Shown here: positions 1 to 9,220 of the stretch, one piece after another
Layout: every line of letters begins with the position of its first letter
Position numbering within the stretch: position 1 is the stretch's first letter
From: Verrucomicrobiota bacterium
GTDB taxonomy: Bacteria > Verrucomicrobiota > Verrucomicrobiia > Chthoniobacterales > UBA6821
Assembly (NCBI GenBank): GCA_008932965.1
Contig: WBXG01000003.1
Location: 1-32,000, forward strand
Reading direction: 5' to 3'
Length of the DNA: 32,000 bases
Made by a program: the position numbers and the translations under genes
Notes under the pieces: model-generated
What the model was told of the DNA's origin: nothing
The model's database searches: none
The model's input: the letters and a program-made list of their open reading frames with translations, nothing else

Positions 1-1024
1 CTTCCGATCTCCCACTCTCTTTGCGTACTTCTCCAGCCCCAATCTCAGCTGCAATACGCTCGAGAAGATCCCCCATTTTATCGAGCTCTTCATTATTAAG
101 GGTGAAGGAGATGTTCGTTGTTCCGTGAGCAGAAACGTCCTGAACAATCACATCGATAACGAGCTGAGCCTCCGCAAGAGCACTAAAAATATGAGCAGCA
201 CAACCAGGGTGATCAGGAACATGGGTGATGGTTACCTTAGCTTGATTTTTCTCAATGCTAATACCACGTACCACCACTTGCTCCATTCCAGGAGATTCTT
301 CTTCTACGATAGTTCCTCGTGCTTTGTGAAAACTACTACGCACTTCAAAAGGAATGTTGAATTTTTTAGCAAACTCGACGGAACGGGATTGCATCACTTT
401 AGAACCACTGCTAGCCATTTCTAGCATCTCTTCATAAGCAATAATCTCAATTTTTTTAGCATTGGGAACAATACGAGGATCACATGTTAAAACCCCATCC
501 ACATCAGTTAAAATGTGACATTCGTCAGCATGCAATGCAGAGGCCAGGGCAATAGCAGTTAAATCAGAGCCTCCTCTACCAAGAGTCGTTATATCACCAT
601 CACGTGTCTCTCCTTGAAACCCAGCAACAATCACAATGGCTCCAGCATGAAGCTGTTCTTCAATTTGGTTAGGAAGGATCTGATCGATTTTTGCTCTTGT
701 ATGAAAATCATCTGTCACGATTCCAGCCTGAGCTCCCGTCATAGATACAGCCTTACCACCCAATGCTTCAATAGCCATTGCTATTAATGCAATGGTGGTC
801 TGTTCGCCAGTAGCAAGAAGCATATCGAGTTCACGTCCCTGTGGCTGGGGAGTGATTTCTTTTGCAAGTCGAATGAGAGAATCAGTGACCCCTGACATCG
901 CAGAAACAACACCAACCACGGAGTGCCCTTGTTGTTGGGTTTCTAACAAACGTTGAGCTACTGCTTTTATCCGTTCTGGATTAGCAACAGAGGTTCCACC
1001 ATATTTTTGAACAATAAGAGGCAT
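1..1024 (-). CDS. lysC: Aspartate kinase (aspartokinase), 3' end truncated by the window edge
   Basis: Absent from the ORF track because no stop lies in the window. Manual reverse-complement translation from ATG at 1024-1022 gives MPLIVQKYGGTSVANPERIKAVAQRLLETQQQGHSVVGVVSAMSGVTDSLIRLAKE..., the classic aspartokinase N-terminus (QKYGGTS, VVSAMSGVTD). The frame stays open to position 1. It follows hom-thrC on the same strand. Confidence 0.9.
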   Translation of the reverse strand, partial: MPLIVQKYGGTSVANPERIKAVAQRLLETQQQGHSVVGVVSAMSGVTDSLIRLAKEITPQPQGRELDMLLATGEQTTIALIAMAIEALGGKAVSMTGAQAGIVTDDFHTRAKIDQILPNQIEEQLHAGAIVIVAGFQGETRDGDITTLGRGGSDLTAIALASALHADECHILTDVDGVLTCDPRIVPNAKKIEIIAYEEMLEMASSGSKVMQSRSVEFAKKFNIPFEVRSSFHKARGTIVEEESPGMEQVVVRGISIEKNQAKVTITHVPDHPGCAAHIFSALAEAQLVIDVIVQDVSAHGTTNISFTLNNEELDKMGDLLERIAAEIGAGEVRKESGRSE

Positions 1025-1077
1025 GAAATAAAGAAAGAGAAAATAGTAGTGAGTAGAGGAAAGTATTCAAGGCTTAG

Positions 1078-1093
1078 CCCGGATATTTCATCC
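1078..1093 (+). repeat. Solo copy (S1) of the dispersed end motif: CCCGGATATTTCATCC
   Basis: Matches the terminal motif of the 7601-7786 and 25694-25950 elements (CCCGSATATTTCATAC). Lies in the 76-nt spacer between the thrC stop and the lysC start. Confidence 0.6.
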
Positions 1094-1100
1094 TAAAAAA

Positions 1101-2201
1101 TTAGGAGCCTTGGATCACATTTAAGACTGCTTCTTCTGTCGCCTCAGCCTGGAGTGGCTCAGAAAGAGTATGAGATGCTGTTTCTGGATCTTTTAATCCA
1201 TGACCGGTAATAGTAAGAACAATTGTTGGATGAAGCGGAAGCTTACTAAAAATAGTTTTAGAGCGACAAAGATGATGATCCTCAGATTGAAAGATTTTTA
1301 GTAAAAGAGCCACAGGAACAACACTTGCCGGTTCTGCAAAGACCCCTTCTTTACTTGCAAGCCATTTCTGTGCTGCCAAAATTTCTTCATCAGTCACCAT
1401 ATCAAATTCACCCAAGGATTCCTTCACAGCCCCCACAGCCCCATTCCAACTTGCGGGCTGACCGATACGAATAGCTGTTGCAAGGGTCTCTGGATGATCC
1501 ATCGGTGCTCCATGATAGAGAGGGGCCGCTCCCGAAGCCTGAACTCCAAGCATGATAGGGAGATTATAACTACGACCTACATCATAAAATTCACGATATC
1601 CTTTCCAGTATGCAGTAATATTTCCAGCATTCCCGACTGGTAAAATATGAAGATCTGGAGCCTTTCCTAACTCTTCGATGATTTCAAAGGCAGCAGTCTT
1701 CTGGCCTTCAAGGCGGTAAGGATTTGTAGAATTGACTACTACAAAATCCCCTCTCTCACCTAATTTTTGAACAATGCGAAGAGCATCATCAAAATTTCCT
1801 TTAATAGCCACTACCGTAGCACCGTAGAGGTATGCCTGTACCATTTTACCTCCAGCAATCCGTCCTGCAGGAAGAATGACCACACACTGCATCCCTGCAC
1901 GAGCTGCATAGGCAGCTGCAGAGGCTGAAGTATTCCCAGTAGAAGCACAAAGGACTGCCTTGGCACTATGCTCTGCAGCTTTGGAAATGGCAACCGTCAT
2001 CCCACGATCTTTGAAAGAACAGGTAGGATTGAGACCTTCATACTTAAGATAGATATTCCCTTGAACCATCTCACTCAATGTTGGGGCATGGATTAAAGGT
2101 GTCGATCCCTCGCTCAACGAGATAATAGGGGTTGCCTCACTTACTGGGAGATACTCTCTGTAGCGGTTAATAACACCAAAATCTCCTCTTATTTTTTGCA
2201 T
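1101..2201 (-). CDS. thrC: Threonine synthase
   Basis: 366-aa ORF with the PLP-lysine motif CSFKDRGMT and an overall threonine synthase-like sequence. Sits 5 nt downstream of hom. Confidence 0.93.
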   Translation of the reverse strand: MQKIRGDFGVINRYREYLPVSEATPIISLSEGSTPLIHAPTLSEMVQGNIYLKYEGLNPTCSFKDRGMTVAISKAAEHSAKAVLCASTGNTSASAAAYAARAGMQCVVILPAGRIAGGKMVQAYLYGATVVAIKGNFDDALRIVQKLGERGDFVVVNSTNPYRLEGQKTAAFEIIEELGKAPDLHILPVGNAGNITAYWKGYREFYDVGRSYNLPIMLGVQASGAAPLYHGAPMDHPETLATAIRIGQPASWNGAVGAVKESLGEFDMVTDEEILAAQKWLASKEGVFAEPASVVPVALLLKIFQSEDHHLCRSKTIFSKLPLHPTIVLTITGHGLKDPETASHTLSEPLQAEATEEAVLNVIQGS

Positions 2202-2206
2202 GCTAT

Positions 2207-3526
2207 TTAAAAAATTTCGACGTTTAAAAGAACTGGCTTTGCTTTAACACAGGCAAGAAGTGTTATTTTTTGAAGGGCAGCCTGCATCATACCATAACGG
2301 GCCTTGTGAATCATAAAGACAAGAGGAGTCTCTCCCTCACCTTGAGATTCAGGTTGCACCAGCGAAGAGATACTAATTCCTTCCTCTCCAAAAATCGTTG
2401 CAATCGTGGCAAGCACCCCAGGGCGATCTTCAACTGCAAGTCGCAGGTAATAGGAAGAGATGATTTCAAGAGCAGGACGACTTTTTCCATAAAGGGAATG
2501 AGGAGTAAAACCGACTAAGTGGCTTGAGACCTCGTTGGTTGGGGTAGTATGAAGTCTATGAGCTGCTGCTACCACAAGATCCCCAATGACAGAGCTTGCT
2601 GTAGGCTCACATCCAGCCCCACGTCCATAAAAAAGAGCCTCCCCGACTAGATCCCCTTTTACCGCAATAGCATTGAAGGAGCCACTCACAGAAGCCAAAA
2701 TACTTTTTTTCGGAATGAGCGTAGGACTGACTCCTACTTCGATGAAGCCATCAGCAGTATCACGAATGCTAGCTAAAAGCTTAATAGAGTAACCAAATTT
2801 TTTTGCAAAAGTGATGTCAGCTGCAGTGATTGCTTCGATCCCCTCGACTCGAACCTCCTCTGGTCGTACCCAGAAGCCATAAGCCAAGGCAGCTAGAATA
2901 ATAGCTTTGTGTCCCGCATCCCATCCACTTAGATCGAGTGTTGGATCTGCTTCTGCATAGCCACGAGCGGTCGCCTCAGAAAGGGCCTCATCATAATCCA
3001 GCCCCTCCTCTTCCATGCGAGAGAGAATATAATTGGTCGTTCCATTAAGAATTCCATGAATCGATTCAATCCGATTTCCCACAAAAGCGTCGCGTAAGTT
3101 TTGAATAATAGGAATGCCTCCAGCCACCGCAGCTTCATAAAAAATAGGAACACCCTTTTTTTTCGCAAGCGCAAAAATCTCCTCCCCTCGCTCTGCCAAG
3201 AGTGCTTTATTACCGGTAACAACAGTGCGACCCGATTCCAGCGCTCCTTTAATGAGCTCAAAAGCATCGGTGGTTCCCCCCATGAGTTCTACAATGACTT
3301 GAATCTTCGGATCACGTAAGAGATCTCTCCATGAATCGACTAGAAGGCATTTAGGAAGAATCGCATCACGTTTTTTCTTGAGGTCACGCACAGCAATAGC
3401 ACCGATCTCAAAAGAGGCCCCTGTGCGCTCTAAAAGAAGTTCCCGTTGCTTCTCTAAATATTTAAAAACCCCACCACCAACCGTACCAAATCCTGCAAGA
3501 CCGATACTGATGGGGTGAGTTGTCAT
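2207..3526 (-). CDS. hom: Homoserine dehydrogenase with C-terminal ACT-like regulatory domain
   Basis: 439-aa ORF. N-terminal Rossmann [12 protein letters not shown], and a C-terminal [31 protein letters not shown]-type segment. In hom-thrC-lysC gene order. Confidence 0.92.
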   Translation of the reverse strand: MTTHPISIGLAGFGTVGGGVFKYLEKQRELLLERTGASFEIGAIAVRDLKKKRDAILPKCLLVDSWRDLLRDPKIQVIVELMGGTTDAFELIKGALESGRTVVTGNKALLAERGEEIFALAKKKGVPIFYEAAVAGGIPIIQNLRDAFVGNRIESIHGILNGTTNYILSRMEEEGLDYDEALSEATARGYAEADPTLDLSGWDAGHKAIILAALAYGFWVRPEEVRVEGIEAITAADITFAKKFGYSIKLLASIRDTADGFIEVGVSPTLIPKKSILASVSGSFNAIAVKGDLVGEALFYGRGAGCEPTASSVIGDLVVAAAHRLHTTPTNEVSSHLVGFTPHSLYGKSRPALEIISSYYLRLAVEDRPGVLATIATIFGEEGISISSLVQPESQGEGETPLVFMIHKARYGMMQAALQKITLLACVKAKPVLLNVEIF

Positions 3527-3538
3527 AGAAACACTTTT

Positions 3539-5308
3539 TTAAATTGCAGTCCCTATTATACCTTGGAGAAAAGGAGCAGCCCCTGCACACAGTGTGCAGA
3601 TATACCCTATAAGTCCTCCAGCATAGGCTTCAAAGCCTACTGCCATCCTTGAAGAATGCTCAGGATCTGCATTATATGCGTATAGTGCATAGCCTAAAGA
3701 ACCGGAAATAATGGCTGTAGCAAGCGTTGGAGATACTTCATATAACTGTGTCAACATTGTGCCGAATTGGGTACATAGTGCTCCCATTCCTGTTTGAGCG
3801 GCGTCAACAATCACACCTTCGGCAGCGCCTTCAGCTACTGGAGCTGCTTGGAAACACCCGAAAAGATTTTGAAAAGCATTCCTAAGACAATCAGGGATCA
3901 ACCAATTCCCTATCCACTGGATAGCGGAGATAATTCCATTTATAAAAAGCCCTAAAAAATGTTTTAAACCAAGCAAGAAAAAATGGATACTCCCTCCAGT
4001 TCCAGCACCTATTCCATAATCAATTGTTCTGTAAAGAACATCAGGATGATGTGGGAGAGCAGAAAAACCCTCCTTAGGATTATACACATCATGGAAATCT
4101 TGTGATATCACTTCTTTTGATTTTTCGTACATACCGGAAAGAGATGTATCTTTAGGCTCAATCAACACCACCCGAAAGCCAACATCATTGGAGGCATATT
4201 GAAGCAGTGAAAGACCTTGAGAACCATGTTCGTGGGGATCATTACTCTTCTGATCAATGAACACATAATTTTCAGAACTAATTTCCATTGGGCTAGTTGA
4301 TTTCCATGAACCTCCTCGAATAATAGTTGTTTCCATGGTAACAAGAGAATTAGTAGACGTTCTAACAAGAGATCTAGAATCAGTCCATTGAGCCACATTC
4401 CCCCCCATATCACAGGTTCCAAAAGGTCCTGGGGAGTGTTTAAAAATACCAACCGGAGTTATCTTTGGTTGGAATTTTTCAGTTTGAGTATAATTATCAT
4501 TTAGGTGGTAATTGACATTTTGAAATGCCCCTTCAGTATCAATTGGCTTGTTATATTCCTCTTCAGTGCTATTAAATGGTTGGTCTCCTTTGGATGTGGA
4601 ATAAAGCCAATATTGTCCCTCATTGGCTTTATCATAATAGGCAGCCTTGTACCATTCATCTTCGCTAGGCAAGCGCCAGAATCCTCCTGGCCATTTTGAT
4701 TGATCGTAGGTTACTTGATCTTGTGAAAAATTAGCATGACAGAGATCATCATTAATTTTGTAGGGACCATCTTCAGTAGTGTTTTTATCTTCTTCACCCG
4801 TCTGGGGCTGTCCATTGGAGAGCCAGTTACAAAAGCGCACTGCTGCAAAAAAATCGACATACGTGATAGGTAACTGACCTCGATCGAGTGAATCAAGATC
4901 GTTTTTTGCTTCTTCATCACCATTTTTCTTGCTGATTACTTTATAAGAAATGGTTCCTCCTGGACTCGTGATTTTTTTAATACAATTCGCAAAAGAATCT
5001 GTCTGCATTTTTGTATTAAAGAGATGAAAAGGATCAGCAGGAAATCCTTTTGTTGCTACCGCATTGAGGAAAGCACACCACTCTCTGGCAGTAACATCAA
5101 ATTTTCCAATTTTAAAATCATGATTGACGGTACCGCGACCATTAGTATCAAATTTATTTCCAGCATCATCAACGGTCATCGTCTCGATCGTTAAAGTAGG
5201 ATTGGAATCCTTCGTGCTGTTTTCCTCGGCTTTCAAACAAAAGCTAGATAACCCAAAAAGGGTGCAAAAAAGAACTGTATATAGGGGATTTCTGGGGGGA
5301 TTCATCAT
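3539..5308 (-). CDS. FGE/SUMF1 (formylglycine-generating enzyme family) domain protein with signal peptide and Gly/Ala-rich hydrophobic C-terminal region
   Basis: 589-aa ORF. N-terminal hydrophobic signal-like segment (LYTVLFCTLFGLSSFCLKA). FGE-sulfatase-type motifs CDMGGNVAQWTD and IRGGSWKS. The last ~158 aa (nt 3542-4015) are Gly/Ala-rich hydrophobic stretches (GIGAGTGGSIHFFLLGL..., AVGFEAYAGGLIGYICTLCAGAAPFLQGIIGTAI). Confidence 0.75.
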   Translation of the reverse strand: MMNPPRNPLYTVLFCTLFGLSSFCLKAEENSTKDSNPTLTIETMTVDDAGNKFDTNGRGTVNHDFKIGKFDVTAREWCAFLNAVATKGFPADPFHLFNTKMQTDSFANCIKKITSPGGTISYKVISKKNGDEEAKNDLDSLDRGQLPITYVDFFAAVRFCNWLSNGQPQTGEEDKNTTEDGPYKINDDLCHANFSQDQVTYDQSKWPGGFWRLPSEDEWYKAAYYDKANEGQYWLYSTSKGDQPFNSTEEEYNKPIDTEGAFQNVNYHLNDNYTQTEKFQPKITPVGIFKHSPGPFGTCDMGGNVAQWTDSRSLVRTSTNSLVTMETTIIRGGSWKSTSPMEISSENYVFIDQKSNDPHEHGSQGLSLLQYASNDVGFRVVLIEPKDTSLSGMYEKSKEVISQDFHDVYNPKEGFSALPHHPDVLYRTIDYGIGAGTGGSIHFFLLGLKHFLGLFINGIISAIQWIGNWLIPDCLRNAFQNLFGCFQAAPVAEGAAEGVIVDAAQTGMGALCTQFGTMLTQLYEVSPTLATAIISGSLGYALYAYNADPEHSSRMAVGFEAYAGGLIGYICTLCAGAAPFLQGIIGTAI

Positions 5309-5350
5309 AGTATTTTTGGAAAAAGGGAAGTGAATATAATTCGATCCTCT

Positions 5351-5378
5351 AAAACTTCAAGGGATAATTTTGAAGTTT
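5351..5378 (-). terminator. Candidate weak stem-loop downstream of nuoF
   Basis: AAACTTCAA (5352-5360) pairs with TTGAAGTTT (5370-5378), a 9-bp AT-rich stem with a 9-nt loop, 45 nt past the nuoF stop. On the minus strand the hairpin is followed by TTTTAG. Confidence 0.3.
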
Positions 5379-5422
5379 AGCGAAGGAATCAAGCTCCTCC
5401 CCATTGATAGGGCATCACAAAT

Positions 5423-6769
5423 TTATTGATGAGCTATTTGCGCTCCAAATTCCTCGGGGAACTTATCAATGAAGCTTTGGGTCGGCCATGAAGCAGCCTC
5501 ACCAAAAGCGCAAACGGTTCGTCCTGCGATATGATCAGCAATATTGTGCAGCGAGATAGAATCTGATTCTTGAGTGCCTTCGGCAATCATACGGGTAGAA
5601 AGCTTCGACATCCAGAGCACTCCCTCACGACATGGAGTACATTGCCCACAGCTTTCGTGAGCGTAGAATTGATTGAGATTGTTAAGAGCCCACAGCATGT
5701 TACGAGAATCATCCATCACAATGACCCCTGCACTTCCAATCATGGAGCCAGCGGCAGCAAGATTTGCCGCGTCCATTACCATATCAAGGAGAGGCACCTC
5801 TTTATCAATCACAGTTCCATCATCAGCCTTGGATTTGATTTTAAAAATTTCATTTGCACGTAAGACTTTGGAGGAGCTCCCACCAGGAATAATTGCCTTC
5901 AGACTTCTTCCAGGGCGAAGGCCACCACAGATATCAAAAATTAATTCACCCAAGGTTACCGATCCAACAGCTAACTCATAAGGACCTGGTTTCATCACAT
6001 CACCACTGACACAGAGAACGCGGGTTCCCCCATCACCAGCAGTTCCCATGGCGGCATACTCAGCAGAACCAAGACGAAGTATATGCTTTACATGGCAGAT
6101 TGTCTCCACGTTGTTGACAATGGTTGGAGCCATGTAGAGACCAAGCACTGCAGGAAAATAAGGTGGCTTAATTCGAGGATAAGGACGCTTTCCCTCAAGT
6201 GATTCTAGAAGGCTTGTCTCCTCTCCGCAAATGTAGGCCCCTGCCCCTTCATGAAAGTAGATATCAAGATCAAATCCCATTCCAAAAATATTCTTTCCTA
6301 AAAAACCCCGGTCACGGGCCTCTTGAATCGCTTTTTCCATGATCTCTTTGGCATGGGTATATTCACAACGTACATAGATGTAGGCCAGATGAATATTGAG
6401 TGCATAGCACGTGATGATCATTCCCTCAAGTAACTGGTGAGGATCACGGTGGAGAATATAACGATCTTTGAATGTCCCAGGTTCCGACTCATCTCCATTC
6501 ACACAGAGATAGTGGGGCTTTCCATCATCACGACGAATAAATCCCCACTTTACTCCTGTTGGAAAAGCAGCCCCTCCGCGTCCTCGCAAATTAGAAGCCT
6601 TGACTTCATTGACGATTGCCTCAGGGGTCATAGTAAAAGCTTTTTTAGCTTCCTCATATCCCCCATGCGCTAGGTAGTTCTCAATATCAGGAGTATAGTC
6701 TGACTTTCCAGCATTTTCAAAAATGATACGACGCTCTTTAGGGTGAGGATGTTCAATAAGAGAAGACAT
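5423..6769 (-). CDS. nuoF: NADH:quinone oxidoreductase subunit F-like flavoprotein (FMN/NADH-binding, 4Fe-4S)
   Basis: 448-aa ORF with GRGGAAFPTGVKW (FMN/NADH site) and ESCGQCTPCREG (N3 4Fe-4S cluster motif). Confidence 0.92.
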   Translation of the reverse strand: MSSLIEHPHPKERRIIFENAGKSDYTPDIENYLAHGGYEEAKKAFTMTPEAIVNEVKASNLRGRGGAAFPTGVKWGFIRRDDGKPHYLCVNGDESEPGTFKDRYILHRDPHQLLEGMIITCYALNIHLAYIYVRCEYTHAKEIMEKAIQEARDRGFLGKNIFGMGFDLDIYFHEGAGAYICGEETSLLESLEGKRPYPRIKPPYFPAVLGLYMAPTIVNNVETICHVKHILRLGSAEYAAMGTAGDGGTRVLCVSGDVMKPGPYELAVGSVTLGELIFDICGGLRPGRSLKAIIPGGSSSKVLRANEIFKIKSKADDGTVIDKEVPLLDMVMDAANLAAAGSMIGSAGVIVMDDSRNMLWALNNLNQFYAHESCGQCTPCREGVLWMSKLSTRMIAEGTQESDSISLHNIADHIAGRTVCAFGEAASWPTQSFIDKFPEEFGAQIAHQ

Positions 6770-6774
6770 AAAGT

Positions 6775-7362
6775 TTAGGAATTTTTTTTGATAATATCTT
6801 CTACATCTTGAAGAGAGACTCTTTCCACAAGGTCTTTGTTAACGAGACAGACAGGGGCAGATCCACAGCTTGCAAGACATTCCACAAATTCCACACTAAA
6901 CTTTGCATCAGGGCTTGTTGGAATTCCGTGATGTCCTTCACAAGTGGGATCGATTCCCGTACTCTTACAAAATTTTTCATGTATTTCATAGCTACCAGCC
7001 AATGCACAGGAAAGGGTACGACAGACACGAATGATTGTTTTTCCTGGGGCCTTTTGGCGGAACCATGGATAGAAAGTGATGAGCTCTAAAATCGAAATTG
7101 AATTAAGATCCAATTTTGCAGCAATCCACTCAACTCCACTCTCATCAATAAAACCGAAATGATTTTGCCACAAGTGGAGCAAGGGAAGTGCAGCACTTCG
7201 TTTAGAAACGGGATAGTGGGTGATGGCTTCTTCCACCTTATCGAGCAACCCTGAGGTAATCCTCTCTGCTTGTGACAGTGTAGAACCAAGAACATCATCG
7301 TGAGACAATAGCTCACCATGGGAAGAGGTTTGTTCGATAGTGTTATGAGCTCGTTGGTCCAT
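6775..7362 (-). CDS. nuoE: NADH:quinone oxidoreductase subunit E-like 2Fe-2S thioredoxin-like protein
   Basis: 195-aa ORF with the Cys pattern CRTLSCALAG ... CLASCGSAPVC typical of NuoE/HoxF-N. Stop lies 5 nt before the nuoF start. Confidence 0.9.
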   Translation of the reverse strand: MDQRAHNTIEQTSSHGELLSHDDVLGSTLSQAERITSGLLDKVEEAITHYPVSKRSAALPLLHLWQNHFGFIDESGVEWIAAKLDLNSISILELITFYPWFRQKAPGKTIIRVCRTLSCALAGSYEIHEKFCKSTGIDPTCEGHHGIPTSPDAKFSVEFVECLASCGSAPVCLVNKDLVERVSLQDVEDIIKKNS

Positions 7363-7494
7363 TAGAAAATTTTCAGAATTTTAATCAGGTAAGTTTTCCA
7401 AGTGTACAAAATGAATTTGGAATGACGAGAAGATCTTTCTTGTTTTTTATCAATATTTAAAAACAAGCTCTCTATGACTCGAATTTCAAAATCA

Positions 7495-7569
7495 TGGCTC
7501 CAGCGGTAGGATTCGAACCTACGACCAATCGGTTAACAGCCGACCGCTCTACCACTGAGCTACGCTGGA
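7495..7569 (-). tRNA. tRNA-Asn (anticodon GTT), CCA encoded
   Basis: The minus strand reads TCCAGCG TA GCTC AGTGGTA GAGC G GTCGG CTGTTAA CCGAT TGGTC GTAGG TTCGAAT CCTAC CGCTGGA G CCA. This gives a 7-bp acceptor stem, D arm, anticodon loop CTGTTAA (GTT), T arm with TTCGAAT, 75 nt in total. Confidence 0.93.
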
Positions 7570-7600
7570 TCTAGTGCTTAAACTTTTTTCACAACACAAA

Positions 7601-7786
7601 GGGTTAACCCGCCTATTTCATACCGATTCTGCTGCGGCTTGCGAACACCTGATGGATACTGCGTCAGCTTCGAATTGCTCCTCGGGCGGTATGAAACATA
7701 CAGCCGTCGTCGCAATCCATCACTTCCTTGTCTGCATCAGGATTCGCGGCGCCTCGCGACGAATCAGTATGAAATATGCGGGTTAA
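7601..7786 (+). repeat. Full-length copy A of an inverted-repeat-bounded, GC-rich, non-coding dispersed element (MITE-like or structured RNA)
   Basis: Left end is TTAACCCGCCTATTTCATACCGA. The reverse complement of the right end is TTAACCCGCATATTTCATACTGA (21/23 identical). The element matches the reverse complement of 25697-25950 with 6 mismatches over 178 aligned nt plus one indel. It is visibly more GC-rich than its flanks. Confidence 0.85.
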
Positions 7787-7848
7787 TGATTATTCATAAA
7801 TCAACTGAGAAAGCAACAGTCTTTAGAAAATAGTGACAAGGTCCGAAG

Positions 7849-7870
7849 TTAACCCGGATATTTCACACTA
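7849..7870 (+). repeat. Solo copy (S2) of the end motif: TTAACCCGGATATTTCACACTA
   Basis: Matches the TIR consensus. Lies 62 nt right of copy A, in the spacer downstream of the carA stop. Confidence 0.65.
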
Positions 7871-7899
7871 AATCTATTACGACTTATGAAAAGCTCCTT

Positions 7900-9051
7900 T
7901 TAGCCTGCCCGACTCGCAATCATCTTTCTAAATTCTTCAAACAAATAAAGGGAATCATGAGGGCCTGGAGAGGCCTCTGGATGGAACTGAACGGCTAGGA
8001 GTGGTTTTTCTCGATGAGCAAGTCCTGCCACCGTACGATCATTGAGATGCCGGTGGGTTACCTCTAATGATAAAGGAAGGCACTCTTCATCGATTGCATA
8101 GCCATGATTTTGAGAGGTAATCATGACCTTTCCCGTACGTAAATCTTGCACTGGTTGATTAGCCCCGCGATGTCCAAATTTTAATTTGAAGGTGCTCGCC
8201 CCGAAAGCATGACCAAGAATTTGCAATCCTAAACAGATTCCAAAAACTGGTTTATGATCAGCGAGCAGACGCGCATTTTGGTGAATAGAAGAGAGTTTGG
8301 CTGGATCTCCGGGACCATTGGAAAAGAAGATCCCATCAGGATTCATTGCCAATACATCCTGTGCGGAGGTGAGTGCTGGGACTACCATCACGCGCATTCC
8401 ATGAGAGCGCAGCAAGCGCAAAATATTTTTTTTAACCCCAAAGTCATAGGCCACAATAATAGGTTCCTGTTCTTTTTTTGAAAAAGAGGTGTTCACTTCT
8501 CCCCAAGGAGCTTTTTCATTGCCTGCGGGATCCCACTCATAAATTTCTTTAGTAGAAACTTCTTTGACAAGATCGCTTTCTTCAAGGAAAGGAGTCGCTT
8601 TCGCAAGCGCCACAGCCTCCTGGTCGCTCATCAGTTCTGTTGTTAAACAGGCTCTCATGACCCCGCTGATTCGAAGATGTTTTGTTAATGAGCGAGTATC
8701 AACACCACTAATAGCAACCACATGATGGCGCTGAAGATATTCTTGAAGTCTTAACTCAGAGCGCCAGTTGCTTGAAATATCGCTTGTCTCTTCGATAATA
8801 AATCCACGTAGATGAATTTCTCCACTTTCACAATCATCTTGATTTGTTCCATAATTACCTACTAGGGGATAGGTCATAGCCACCATTTGGCCACGGTAGG
8901 AGGGATCAGTAAGGACCTCTTGGTACCCACTCATTGAAGTATTAAAGCAAATTTCCCCTTGGCATGTTCCCATCGCCCCAAAAGAAAACCCTCTAAATAA
9001 ACGTCCATCTTCGAGTGCGAGGAGAGCAGGAGGGTGAATAAGCGACGGCAT
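7900..9051 (-). CDS. carA: Carbamoyl-phosphate synthase small (glutamine amidotransferase) subunit
   Basis: 383-aa ORF with the GATase triad context [17 protein letters not shown] and [12 protein letters not shown]. No carB is adjacent. Confidence 0.93.
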   Translation of the reverse strand: MPSLIHPPALLALEDGRLFRGFSFGAMGTCQGEICFNTSMSGYQEVLTDPSYRGQMVAMTYPLVGNYGTNQDDCESGEIHLRGFIIEETSDISSNWRSELRLQEYLQRHHVVAISGVDTRSLTKHLRISGVMRACLTTELMSDQEAVALAKATPFLEESDLVKEVSTKEIYEWDPAGNEKAPWGEVNTSFSKKEQEPIIVAYDFGVKKNILRLLRSHGMRVMVVPALTSAQDVLAMNPDGIFFSNGPGDPAKLSSIHQNARLLADHKPVFGICLGLQILGHAFGASTFKLKFGHRGANQPVQDLRTGKVMITSQNHGYAIDEECLPLSLEVTHRHLNDRTVAGLAHREKPLLAVQFHPEASPGPHDSLYLFEEFRKMIASRAG

Positions 9052-9220
9052 GATCTGTTAAGAAACCATGTTCTACCCTCCTAGGAAATAAAAAAAATGA
9101 ATAAAGAGTAAAAAAAAGAGATCTTTTTTTCAGAGATGCTAAAGTGAGGTTCATTCAACTCCATATCCAAGAGAAATCTATTCCCACCATTGATTCCCAA
9201 AAGCCTCTTAGAATAAAACA

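Noticed and set aside
125-424. 99-aa plus-strand ORF at the left edge
   Set aside because: It lies antisense within the clearly recognisable aspartokinase reading frame on the minus strand. The sequence is low-complexity with no motifs.
1022-1034. GCATGAAATAAAG at the lysC start resembles the repeat core TATGAAATA
   Set aside because: Only about 8 nt match and the diagnostic GCGGGTTAA continuation is missing. The ATG is the lysC start codon, so the match is most likely coincidence.
2929-3267. Nested or antisense ORFs inside well-supported genes (for example 2929..3267, 4162..4452, 11912..12259, 26807..27244, 28542..28979, 29302..29664)
   Set aside because: All lie within, and mostly antisense to or out of frame with, genes that have strong family motifs. 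None shows recognisable motifs, so I treat them as chance ORFs.
7439-7467. CTTGTTTTT / AAAAACAAG 9-bp hairpin downstream of tRNA-Asn as a terminator
   Set aside because: The stem is almost entirely A/T and no U-tract follows on the transcribed (minus) strand. It is too weak to call.
7574-7833. Track ORFs 7574..7786 (70 aa) and 7639..7833 (64 aa) lying inside repeat copy A
   Set aside because: They exist only because the GC-rich repeat lacks stops. The homologous ORFs in copy B are thrown out of frame by the net 71-nt (non-multiple-of-3) length difference. There are no start or RBS features and no protein motifs.
9110-9130. A-run / AGATCT / T-run near-palindrome in the carA / plsC-like divergent spacer
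   Set aside because: It is an imperfect palindrome made almost entirely of A/T homopolymers, which is expected by chance in an AT-rich promoter region. I could not define -35/-10 boxes with confidence.
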